DNA of 10,809 bases, from the IMG/VR virus record IMGVR_UViG_3300046543_000050. One strand, given 5' to 3'. Below, piece by piece: positions 1 through 6,443 of this stretch. The DNA comes from a virus (Duplodnaviria > Heunggongvirae > Uroviricota > Caudoviricetes). The notes under the pieces were generated by a model. It worked only from the letters and a program-made list of their open reading frames with translations. It ran no database searches and had not been told where the DNA came from. Every line of letters starts with the position of its first letter. Position 1 is the first letter of the stretch. Made by a program: the position numbers and the translations under genes.

Positions 1-126
1 ACGGGTTCCACGCTGAAGGTCACGACGAAGAACAAGGGCGAGCAAATCTGGACGACGAAGATCATCGTCAACGTCTCGAAGTACGGCAAGCTGTTCAACC
101 AGTTCCCGACGCGCCAAGTGTCGTAA
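1..126 (+). CDS. 3' end of a hypothetical phage protein (5'-truncated by the window)
   Basis: Frame 1 is open from base 1 to TAA at 124-126: TGSTLKVTTKNKGEQIWTTKIIVNVSKYGKLFNQFPTRQVS*. Codon usage (AAG, ATC, TTC, AAC) resembles the other phage genes. It is absent from the ORF track because it has no start codon in the window. Confidence 0.7.
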   Translation, partial: TGSTLKVTTKNKGEQIWTTKIIVNVSKYGKLFNQFPTRQVS

Positions 127-134
127 AAGAAAAT

Positions 135-170
135 CAGGTTTGGGGTATTGACGAACGATACCCAAACCTG
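135..170. repeat. Imperfect inverted repeat (13-bp arms, one bulged G) enclosing the -35 box
   Basis: CAGGTTTGGGGTAT (135-148) versus ATACCCAAACCTG (158-170), whose reverse complement is CAGGTTTGGGTAT. Loop TGACGAACG (149-157). Confidence 0.85.
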
Positions 171-176
171 TATTAT
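148..176 (+). promoter_or_regulatory. Host sigma70-type (early) promoter
   Basis: -35 TTGACG (148-153), 17-bp spacer, -10 TATTAT (171-176). It lies upstream of an RBS (CGGAG 196-200) and the ATG at 209. Confidence 0.8.
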
Positions 177-208
177 CTTCACATCGACGACGAAACGGAG
201 TTCTGACC

Positions 209-379
209 ATGACCACAACATCCCAACAGAAGCTTCCCCTCGAACAACTGAAGGCACTCGCGACGCGCACTGTCCGACACCAAGAATGCATCGAGTACGT
301 GTTCGCGGATAAGTCGTTCATCGAAGTGAACCGGTACAACCAAGTTGCTCGCTACCTTCCGAACGGATGGCGGCTGTGA
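209..379 (+). CDS. Small hypothetical protein (56 aa), probable early gene
   Basis: MTTTSQQKLPLEQLKALATRTVRHQECIEYVFADKSFIEVNRYNQVARYLPNGWRL*. GGAG RBS 8 nt upstream, directly behind the sigma70 promoter. Its TGA stop overlaps the GTG of the next ORF (GTGA, 376-379). Below the ORF-track size cut-off. Confidence 0.75.
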   Translation: MTTTSQQKLPLEQLKALATRTVRHQECIEYVFADKSFIEVNRYNQVARYLPNGWRL

Positions 380-606
380 AAGCCCACAAGCGAGCGATGA
401 AGCGTCACTCGCAGCACGTTGAGGAATCGTGGTTCACCGTGCGAGTGGACCTCGACCGTCTGGCGGTCCTGATCGAGAACAACTTCGCGGACGGATCGAC
501 CCAGATGATGGTCCTGAACGTCCGTGAGGCCGCGCTACTGACCAAGGAATTGCAACTCTCGACCGCCAGTCTCGAAGCGATCACCGAGCACAAGAAGAAA
601 GGTTAG
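376..606 (+). CDS. Hypothetical protein (about 76 aa)
   Basis: ORF track gives 367..606. GTG at 376 gives a classic 4-nt GTGA overlap with the upstream gene; ATG 367 or ATG 397 are alternative starts. Followed by a terminator. No recognisable family. Confidence 0.65.
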   Translation: MKAHKRAMKRHSQHVEESWFTVRVDLDRLAVLIENNFADGSTQMMVLNVREAALLTKELQLSTASLEAITEHKKKG

Positions 607-636
607 TTTTACCGGTAGAAGAAGTAGAGAACTAGA

Positions 637-670
637 AATAAAAAAGGGGCCATGCTCGGCCCCTTTCTTC
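637..670. terminator. Rho-independent terminator, probably bidirectional
   Basis: Stem AAAGGGGCC (643-651) / GGCCCCTTT (658-666), loop ATGCTC. A TTTCTTC tail follows on the + strand. An A-tract on the left (AAATAAAAAA, 636-645) gives a longer U-tail on the - strand. Confidence 0.8.
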
Positions 671-692
671 ATCTGGTAGTATGTATCAGTCG

Positions 693-700
693 CTTAAATA
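693..700 (+). promoter_or_regulatory. Possible T4-type late promoter variant (CTTAAATA)
   Basis: TAAATA core (695-700), 12 nt upstream of ATG 713, with 2 mismatches to TATAAATA. An extended -10-like TGGTAGTAT (674-682) is an alternative host-type promoter here. Confidence 0.35.
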
Positions 701-712
701 CACAGGTTTGCG

Positions 713-799
713 ATGTTCAAATTTGTGATGGTGATCGTTCAGATGGCGATCTTAGTTGGTGTCCCTGTGTTGGTGCTGTTCAACTCTACGAAGGATTGA
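713..799 (+). CDS. Putative 28-aa single-pass membrane peptide
   Basis: MFKFVMVIVQMAILVGVPVLVLFNSTKD*: about 20 consecutive hydrophobic residues. AGGT RBS at 704-707. It fills the gap between the terminator and ORF 803, and its 3' end contains the AAGGA RBS of the next gene. Confidence 0.5.
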   Translation: MFKFVMVIVQMAILVGVPVLVLFNSTKD

Positions 800-802
800 T
801 TC

Positions 803-1003
803 ATGGTACGTAGGTCTATGGTTCGCGGTTTCGATAGTTATCGTACTGGCACGCGCGTGAAAATCGGTGATCGCGAATTCGTCAGGCTCAACAAGGGCTG
901 GCAAGAAGAAAACTTTATCCCCAACAACGTTTCCACGCGAACGAGCGTAAGTATGAAGCGCATCGAGTCATTCGCGCGGACTCCACACAAGGTCGTAAGA
1001 TAG
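803..1003 (+). CDS. Hypothetical protein (66 aa, basic)
   Basis: ORF track; AAGGA RBS at 791-795; co-oriented and tightly packed with its neighbours. Confidence 0.7.
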   Translation: MVRRSMVRGFDSYRTGTRVKIGDREFVRLNKGWQEENFIPNNVSTRTSVSMKRIESFARTPHKVVR

Positions 1004-1009
1004 GAAAGA

Positions 1010-1201
1010 ATGAAATACACACAAGAACAATTACAAGAGATGGCGGCGGAATTCATGACGCAACTGACAGCGCACAATGACATTCGTTGCCATCAGTTGG
1101 TCGGTCGGATGTCTCAACAGTTGAGGATGCATCCGATGCAGGTACAGCAAGGCATTCACATGCTTGCTATGGGTATGCAGTTCGAAGTGCAGACCGCTTA
1201 G
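1010..1201 (+). CDS. Hypothetical protein (63 aa, Met/Gln-rich, predicted helical)
   Basis: ORF track; AGGA RBS at 1002-1005. Its TAG stop (1199-1201) overlaps the convergent TAA of the gp54-like gene (1198-1200). Confidence 0.75.
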   Translation: MKYTQEQLQEMAAEFMTQLTAHNDIRCHQLVGRMSQQLRMHPMQVQQGIHMLAMGMQFEVQTA

Positions 1202-2043
1202 AACGAAATACCCTGTGAGTAGTACTTCGCATCGTCTGGGGCTTGGTTCAAGGTCCACTGTCCGGCTTGTTTGACCGCAGTATCCACGGTCGATTTCGCC
1301 TGTCCCAAGACGTTGTTGACGGCGGGGATTCCGCCAGCATTTATAAGTTGTTGCGATTCAACTGCACCCTGCAACTTCTTCGATTCAATATCCACGCAGG
1401 ACCACTTACTGTAAGCGAAGGTCACAGTGACTTTTTGAAAGCCCTGTGACCCCGCTGAACCGCTCATTGATGACACGATCTTTGGATATGCATCTTCCAA
1501 TGCGACCGTGTAAATCGTCCCATCCAGCTTGTCCAACTGACCAATCACTACGTCTGTGGTGTACGTGTCAGAGTACGCAACCAACTGCGTATCATACGAG
1601 ACAATCGAATCCATCCAGTAATCGAACAGCTTCTTCGAGTTCATATCGCGGTCCATCACGATAGTCATCGTCACGCCTGATGAACCGCCGTAGTCCATCC
1701 CGGTCGGCATCGGACGCGGGACACCGAATGTGTGTCGCGCCTTCGTCTGTAGCATCTGTGGCGGGTACGTGACCGACTCCACGCGCATCAGGGTCGAACG
1801 CAAGTACTGTGCGTATGGCGACCCGATTAGACATGTTGGCGTACCGAAGAAGACCTCGTACCGGCTTTCATTGGCAAGACCAGTATCGAGAACTTCTTGC
1901 TTGAAGTTCTCGAAACCGTCTTTCGCTCTACCGGAAGCACTTGACTTCGTTTTACCGATACCGAGTGCGTCACGAACCACGTCACCCGCTGCATTGACCG
2001 CGCCGTTGATGCCATTGATTGGCAAAAGATCGAGAAGTGACAT
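1198..2043 (-). CDS. gp54: T4 gp54-like baseplate tail tube initiator (gp19 tail-tube superfamily)
   Basis: Motifs GLANESRYEVFF...VESVTYP...VTMTIVMDRDMNSKKLFDYWMDSI...YTTDVVIGQLD...LEDAYPKIV...KVTVTFAYSKW are typical of gp54/gp19-like tube proteins. It sits next to gp2/gp4/gp48, as in many T4-like phages. AAGGA RBS. A gp3-like tube terminator cannot be fully excluded without an HMM search. Confidence 0.75.
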   Translation of the reverse strand: MSLLDLLPINGINGAVNAAGDVVRDALGIGKTKSSASGRAKDGFENFKQEVLDTGLANESRYEVFFGTPTCLIGSPYAQYLRSTLMRVESVTYPPQMLQTKARHTFGVPRPMPTGMDYGGSSGVTMTIVMDRDMNSKKLFDYWMDSIVSYDTQLVAYSDTYTTDVVIGQLDKLDGTIYTVALEDAYPKIVSSMSGSAGSQGFQKVTVTFAYSKWSCVDIESKKLQGAVESQQLINAGGIPAVNNVLGQAKSTVDTAVKQAGQWTLNQAPDDAKYYSQGISF

Positions 2044-2055
2044 GTGGAGTCCTTA

Positions 2056-2655
2056 TTAAACGGATTGCTTGGCGTCGTGCCAGACGCGTTGCTTGGAAGC
2101 TTTCTGGAATGCTTCGATTGGCAAGAGTGCCGCCATCGGCCATGACGATGATGGAATCTCTAGGAACATCGATTCGGCAGCATCGTTTCGATACATCTTA
2201 AAGGCAAAGTCTGCACCAAGGTTCTTTGCCTTCGACAGACGCATCAGTACGTCATACGTGAGTTTCAATCGGGTGGTCGCATCAAAGCGATCATTGTTCG
2301 CAAGGTCATACAGGTTTGCCAGCAACTTCAGACGCATCGGCGGCGGAAGGTAATGCAGGTTCAGACCGTACCAATATTTGTGACCGTTCTTCTGTAGCTT
2401 GTCGATGTAGAAGATCAGAGGCCACTGGTCCCAATACGGCAAGGAATCCTTATGAATCGCATCGTACTTGTAGAGATACATTCGACCTACGACCGGATAG
2501 TTCGTCAGGCGTCCGGTATCCTGCATCAACTTCGATGGCTTGTACTTGGACTGATTGAGAGACTTGATGCTCATGGTGAACCAATCCAACGATTGACGCA
2601 TGTTGGCTTTGGTTACTTTAAGATTGTCAAACGGTGAAGGTTTGCGTGTTGCCAT
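2056..2655 (-). CDS. gp2: T4 gp2-like DNA end protector protein
   Basis: GRMYLYKYDAIHKDSLPYWDQWPLIF...GLNLHYLPP...W-x-x-AA-x-LP-x-x-x-F signature of the gp2 family. Adjacent to gp4. Confidence 0.9.
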   Translation of the reverse strand: MATRKPSPFDNLKVTKANMRQSLDWFTMSIKSLNQSKYKPSKLMQDTGRLTNYPVVGRMYLYKYDAIHKDSLPYWDQWPLIFYIDKLQKNGHKYWYGLNLHYLPPPMRLKLLANLYDLANNDRFDATTRLKLTYDVLMRLSKAKNLGADFAFKMYRNDAAESMFLEIPSSSWPMAALLPIEAFQKASKQRVWHDAKQSV

Positions 2656-2680
2656 GATGATGACGAAGTAATGAGTACAA

Positions 2681-3136
2681 CTATTTATTCACGCCCAAGT
2701 GTTTCTCAGTCAGGATGATGAACTTGTAGCCCTTGCGTTCGCAATACTTCTTGGCAGCTTCCCACTTGGCTTGATTCGTACACCACATGATTGCTTCATC
2801 GATGTACTTCTTGGACTGACGCTTGGGCTTCTTCGGTTCCTTGGTGTACTTCTCTGGCTTCACTTCGACCAGATAGGTTGTCACGGTCCCGTCAAGATTA
2901 CGGATTGTCATCTTGAAGTCCACGAAGTACCGATGTGCGATGCCGTCGATGGGAGAGATGTAGGGAATGATCGTTTCTTCGCTCGACCATGCGAGAACGT
3001 TCGAACGCTGATCGCAATAATTCATGAACTTCAATTCCCATGAACTGCGATAAGTAATGTTGTGAATATCGCCCTTGTATTTCAGAGGGTTTCTCGGCTT
3101 CCACTTCCCCTTGTACGCGTTTGCTCCGTATGCCAT
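2681..3136 (-). CDS. gp4: T4 gp4-like head completion protein (TnsA-like PD-(D/E)xK nuclease fold)
   Basis: YKGKWKPRNPLKYKGD...YRSSWELKFMNYCD...WSSEE..IPYISPIDG..HRYFVDF...LVEVKP...NQAKWEAAKKYC..G..FIILTE is the canonical gp4 pattern. AGGA RBS. Confidence 0.93.
   Translation of the reverse strand: MAYGANAYKGKWKPRNPLKYKGDIHNITYRSSWELKFMNYCDQRSNVLAWSSEETIIPYISPIDGIAHRYFVDFKMTIRNLDGTVTTYLVEVKPEKYTKEPKKPKRQSKKYIDEAIMWCTNQAKWEAAKKYCERKGYKFIILTEKHLGVNK
2682..2689 (-). promoter_or_regulatory. T4-type late promoter (AATAAATA) for gp2/gp54
   Basis: The minus strand reads AATAAATA, 1 mismatch to TATAAATA. It overlaps the gp4 stop codon and lies 26 nt upstream of the gp2 ATG. Confidence 0.6.
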
Positions 3137-3147
3137 AAGCAGTAGTC

Positions 3148-3555
3148 CTAAATATTCAGTGTGGCTTTTATCGTCTCAAGCTTTTCTAAGTCTTGAGCGT
3201 ATTCTGTTATCTTGCGTTTCAGAAACGCGATGCGTTTGTCGATGGACCGTTCGTCATCATCTGGCTTCCGATTGAAACCGTTCTCGGAAGTTGTGATCCA
3301 TCTCAAATTCGTTGGATGATTGTTCCGTGGGTTGTTGTCGATGTGATCGACAACCGCACCTTCGAAGAACCCGTCAACGTGGACGAGTGCAACTGCGCGA
3401 TGCAGATAAAGGATGGTGGACTTCTGGTTCACATAGACGTTACAGAACAGATGTCCGCTTCCGCTGTCAGTGAATGAGAGTGGGCGTCCTTTCTTTCCGA
3501 TGATATTAAAATCACTGGTCAATTTATAGCCAGTGTGGAATGGGATGTCGTACAT
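3148..3555 (-). CDS. Free-standing HNH homing endonuclease (HNH_3-type) with C-terminal coiled coil
   Basis: LYLHRAVA...VVDHIDNNPRNNHPTNLRWITTSEN motif. Inserted between the minus-strand late promoter and gene 4. Confidence 0.85.
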   Translation of the reverse strand: MYDIPFHTGYKLTSDFNIIGKKGRPLSFTDSGSGHLFCNVYVNQKSTILYLHRAVALVHVDGFFEGAVVDHIDNNPRNNHPTNLRWITTSENGFNRKPDDDERSIDKRIAFLKRKITEYAQDLEKLETIKATLNI

Positions 3556-3567
3556 GGCACCTTTTCT

Positions 3568-3575
3568 TATAAATA
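3568..3575 (+). promoter_or_regulatory. T4-type late promoter (perfect TATAAATA) for gp48 and the downstream island
   Basis: Exact match to the gp55-dependent consensus TATAAATA, 23 nt upstream of the gp48 ATG. Confidence 0.85.
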
Positions 3576-3582
3576 CACATTC

Positions 3583-3590
3583 TATTTAGG
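3583..3590 (-). promoter_or_regulatory. T4-type late promoter variant (CCTAAATA) for HNH-gp4-gp2-gp54
   Basis: The minus strand reads CCTAAATA, 27 nt upstream of the HNH ATG. The same CTAAATA variant occurs at 7194-7200. Confidence 0.65.
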
Positions 3591-3598
3591 CGCATGAA

Positions 3599-4810
3599 AT
3601 GGGACTTCTCGATTCAACACTGTCAAGTGCGATTACCGGCATCAAGAACACAGTCAGTTCTCACTTGCCGTCGATTTCAAATCTCACCAAAGACACGACC
3701 AAACTCGATACCTTTAAAACGGTAGGGACTGACACGCATGAAATTCAGCAAATGCAGTATCCGGCTGACATCACACAGGCGACAGATATTCCGCATTGGG
3801 TGACGTTCTATATCAACGTGCGCGGCAAGTCGAAAATCGCACAACAAAATCCCGATCAATTGGCGACTGGCACTCCCGTTACTCTCGCTGGTGAAAATCG
3901 TCTGGACCCGGCGACGATGGATAACGCTGTAATCGCCCAAGGCACGGTTGGCGGCGCTGTCGCGTCGTTGGGGGCTGGTAAGAAGGTTGGTCTGTATGCG
4001 GCAAAGGCGGCGTTCGCGCGGTCGGTTGGCGGCGGTTCAGGGGCCAAAGCTTCGGCGATCAAAGCGACCATCGCGGGTGTCACGGCTGGTGGTGCTGTCG
4101 TAGGTGCTGGTGCGGTCGCAGGGGGCCTCATGGCGACGCTGACGGTCAAACCTGACACAACCTACCGACTGAAGGACGCGATCACGCTGTACGTCCCACA
4201 ATCGCCTGTATTCCACTCTGGCGCACAGTACGACACAGTGGACTTCGGGGCACTTGGTGGTTTCGCTGCTGGCGGCGCTTCCTACGCCGATACGCTTGAC
4301 AAGTCACAACAGAACCAAGAGGCACTTCTGGCGGCTGCGCGAGCGATGATGAAGGGTCCGGCGAAGTTCCTGACAGGTAGCGGCGCTGGCGCGATGGTCG
4401 AAGCGACGACCAAGCAAACTTTGAATCCGTATCGTGAAGTTCTGTTTAAGCAGATTGACTTCCGTAGGTTCTCGTTTGATTATCGATTCCTTCCGAAGTC
4501 GCAAGCTGAAACCGACACGGTTCAGAAAATCATCAAGACGTTCCGTTATCACATGCACCCGGAACGCAGTTCTGGCGGAATGTATTATATCCATCCATCT
4601 GAGTTCAACATCCAGTATTTCTTCAAGAAGCAAGAGAATACATATATCAATAAGATTTCAACTTGCGTACTGGTTGATATGGACGTTCAGTATGGTCCGT
4701 CTGAAGGGTTCTCGACATTCGGTAATGGTGCTCCCACGGAAATCTCCATGCGTCTGATGTTCCAAGAACTCGAAACTCTCACAAAGGAACGCATCGACGC
4801 GGGCTATTAA
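3599..4810 (+). CDS. gp48: T4 gp48-like baseplate tail tube cap
   Basis: C-terminal half LNPYREVLFKQIDFRRFSFDYRFLPKSQAE...IIKTFRYHMHP...PSEFNIQY...ISTCVLVDMDVQYGP...GAPTEISMRLMFQELETLTKERI is typical of gp48. N-terminal QYP-x-D motif. Follows a late promoter. Confidence 0.9.
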   Translation: MGLLDSTLSSAITGIKNTVSSHLPSISNLTKDTTKLDTFKTVGTDTHEIQQMQYPADITQATDIPHWVTFYINVRGKSKIAQQNPDQLATGTPVTLAGENRLDPATMDNAVIAQGTVGGAVASLGAGKKVGLYAAKAAFARSVGGGSGAKASAIKATIAGVTAGGAVVGAGAVAGGLMATLTVKPDTTYRLKDAITLYVPQSPVFHSGAQYDTVDFGALGGFAAGGASYADTLDKSQQNQEALLAAARAMMKGPAKFLTGSGAGAMVEATTKQTLNPYREVLFKQIDFRRFSFDYRFLPKSQAETDTVQKIIKTFRYHMHPERSSGGMYYIHPSEFNIQYFFKKQENTYINKISTCVLVDMDVQYGPSEGFSTFGNGAPTEISMRLMFQELETLTKERIDAGY

Positions 4811-5706
4811 TGGAACTCAAACAGCTTTTTCAGGCGAAGTACGGTTCGCCAAAAACTCTCGACAAACTCACCGAGCACCCTGAGTCAGTCATTCGGGCAC
4901 AAGTTGCGATTCATGGTTCAGACGGGCATCGCGAGAAGCTTCTGAAAGACAAGAATTCCGGCGTGGTTGCCTGTGCGTTGTCGGGGCGAAATAAAGAACA
5001 TCTCGACGCACACATCAACCATCCGAGTACAATGGTACGGGGCGCGGTCGCTGAGTACGGGAACGCTGGACACCACGCCAGACTGATGCATGACAAGGAA
5101 AGCGACGTGCGCGAAAAGGTTGCCGAACACACGCCAGACGAACACATCACAGACCATCTGGCGGACGATCACGATCACTACGTTCGTGCTGCGGTCGCTC
5201 GCAATCCGAATACCTCAGACCGTACACTCGAACGCCTGAAGGACGACTTGCATGGTTACGTTCGGACCCGCGCGCATCAAGAGTACTCGCGGCGCAACCC
5301 GGACGAATGGATCGCAGAGGACGTGGGCCATATGACATTCGCAGCGCACCAGAAGGTCCATCACAACATCGACGCGATGATGCATGACCCGGACCATGAA
5401 GTCCGCCTGAAAGCGGCGTCAAAGGGTTCTAAGCATCATCTGGACCAGCTTGTCAATGACAGCCATCCGGCAGTGCGGGGTGAAGTTGCGCTGCGCGGTC
5501 ACAGTGACCATCTCGACAAACTGATGCACGATCCACATGAGAACGTTCGTCAGATCGTGGCGATTCGCGGCAAGCATCAACACGTCAAGCATCTGACGAA
5601 TGATTCGGACCCGGTAGTGCGCCAACTGGCATCGAAGCATCCGTCCATGCGGATGAACGAAGAAACAATAATCGCGGACATCCGCACTAAACTACTCGAA
5701 TCATAA
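4810..5706 (+). CDS. KYGS-family His-rich HEAT/LRV-like repeat protein 1 (298 aa, about 10 repeats)
   Basis: N-terminal FQAKYGSPK. About 10 units of the type HLDKLMHDPHENVRQIVAIRGKHQ (24 aa), with one central linker. TAATG overlap with gp48. Confidence 0.85.
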   Translation: MELKQLFQAKYGSPKTLDKLTEHPESVIRAQVAIHGSDGHREKLLKDKNSGVVACALSGRNKEHLDAHINHPSTMVRGAVAEYGNAGHHARLMHDKESDVREKVAEHTPDEHITDHLADDHDHYVRAAVARNPNTSDRTLERLKDDLHGYVRTRAHQEYSRRNPDEWIAEDVGHMTFAAHQKVHHNIDAMMHDPDHEVRLKAASKGSKHHLDQLVNDSHPAVRGEVALRGHSDHLDKLMHDPHENVRQIVAIRGKHQHVKHLTNDSDPVVRQLASKHPSMRMNEETIIADIRTKLLES

Positions 5707-6443
5707 TGGCAACGGCAGACGAAAACAAAGCTGACTTCGGACTTCGGTACGGTTCACCGAAGATGCACGAAAAGATGACGAATCACCCGGAACCCCATGT
5801 CCGCGAATCACTCGCCATGCTCACAGACTCGAAGCCAGTTCTCAGTAAGCTGAGTAATGATAAGAGTGTCGGCGTTCGGCGTGAAGTTGCGAAGCGTGGT
5901 CATGATGATCACTTGAAGAAGCTGATGCATGATTCGGACTACTCAGTACGCGGCGCAGTGGCATACAAGGGTAAGCATCTCGATCACCTGATCAACGATG
6001 AAGACGAGTATGTTCGCACGGCAGTTGCCAGTCGCGGTACGAAGGCCCACCATGACGTACTGGTCAATGACGTTCATCCGAAGGTCCGTGCAGAAGTCGC
6101 AGAGATGGGTACGGACGCGCATCGCGACAAGCTGGTGAATGATCCTGAACCTCTGGTCCGGGCGCGCGTGGCGAAGTTCGGCAACGATGGTCATCGCGAC
6201 AAGTTAGTACATGATGTCAGTCGCAAGGTCCGTACAGAAGTCGCCACAAAGGGCAACGATTCGCATCACCAAATTTTGAAGCATGACAAGGACACCGAAG
6301 TACAACGTGCAGTGATGACGTACTCGAAGAATCCCGATGTCATCCATCATCTGGCAACGTCCCCGGACTCAAACGTCAAGGGTAATGCAGGTTCGAAGTA
6401 TCGTGCATTGACTGGCACATTTGGTAGTGGAAAGGAAGTGTGA
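5706..6443 (+). CDS. KYGS-family repeat protein 2 (245 aa, about 9 repeats)
   Basis: N-terminal FGLRYGSPK. Repeats such as HRDKLVNDPEPLVRARVAKFGNDG. TAATG overlap with the previous gene. Confidence 0.85.
   Translation: MATADENKADFGLRYGSPKMHEKMTNHPEPHVRESLAMLTDSKPVLSKLSNDKSVGVRREVAKRGHDDHLKKLMHDSDYSVRGAVAYKGKHLDHLINDEDEYVRTAVASRGTKAHHDVLVNDVHPKVRAEVAEMGTDAHRDKLVNDPEPLVRARVAKFGNDGHRDKLVHDVSRKVRTEVATKGNDSHHQILKHDKDTEVQRAVMTYSKNPDVIHHLATSPDSNVKGNAGSKYRALTGTFGSGKEV

Noticed and set aside
79-87. KYG tripeptide in the partial ORF at 1-126
   Set aside because: It is C-terminal, lacks the upstream F-x-x and the downstream S-P-K, and has no repeats. Coincidental.
703-710. CAGGTTTG matching the left arm of the promoter inverted repeat (135-142)
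   Set aside because: It is only 8 nt, has no partner arm, overlaps the RBS of ORF 713, and also occurs inside gp2. Compatible with chance.
3148-3555. Group I intron or intein hosting the HNH genes
   Set aside because: The flanking genes (gp4, gp48, thioredoxin) are intact and uninterrupted, and there is no room for intron core structure. Both HNH genes are free-standing.
3594-3725. Out-of-frame ATG 5 nt upstream of the gp48 start opening a short ORF
   Set aside because: It is too close to the AGG RBS, has no recognisable product, and is fully overlapped by gp48.
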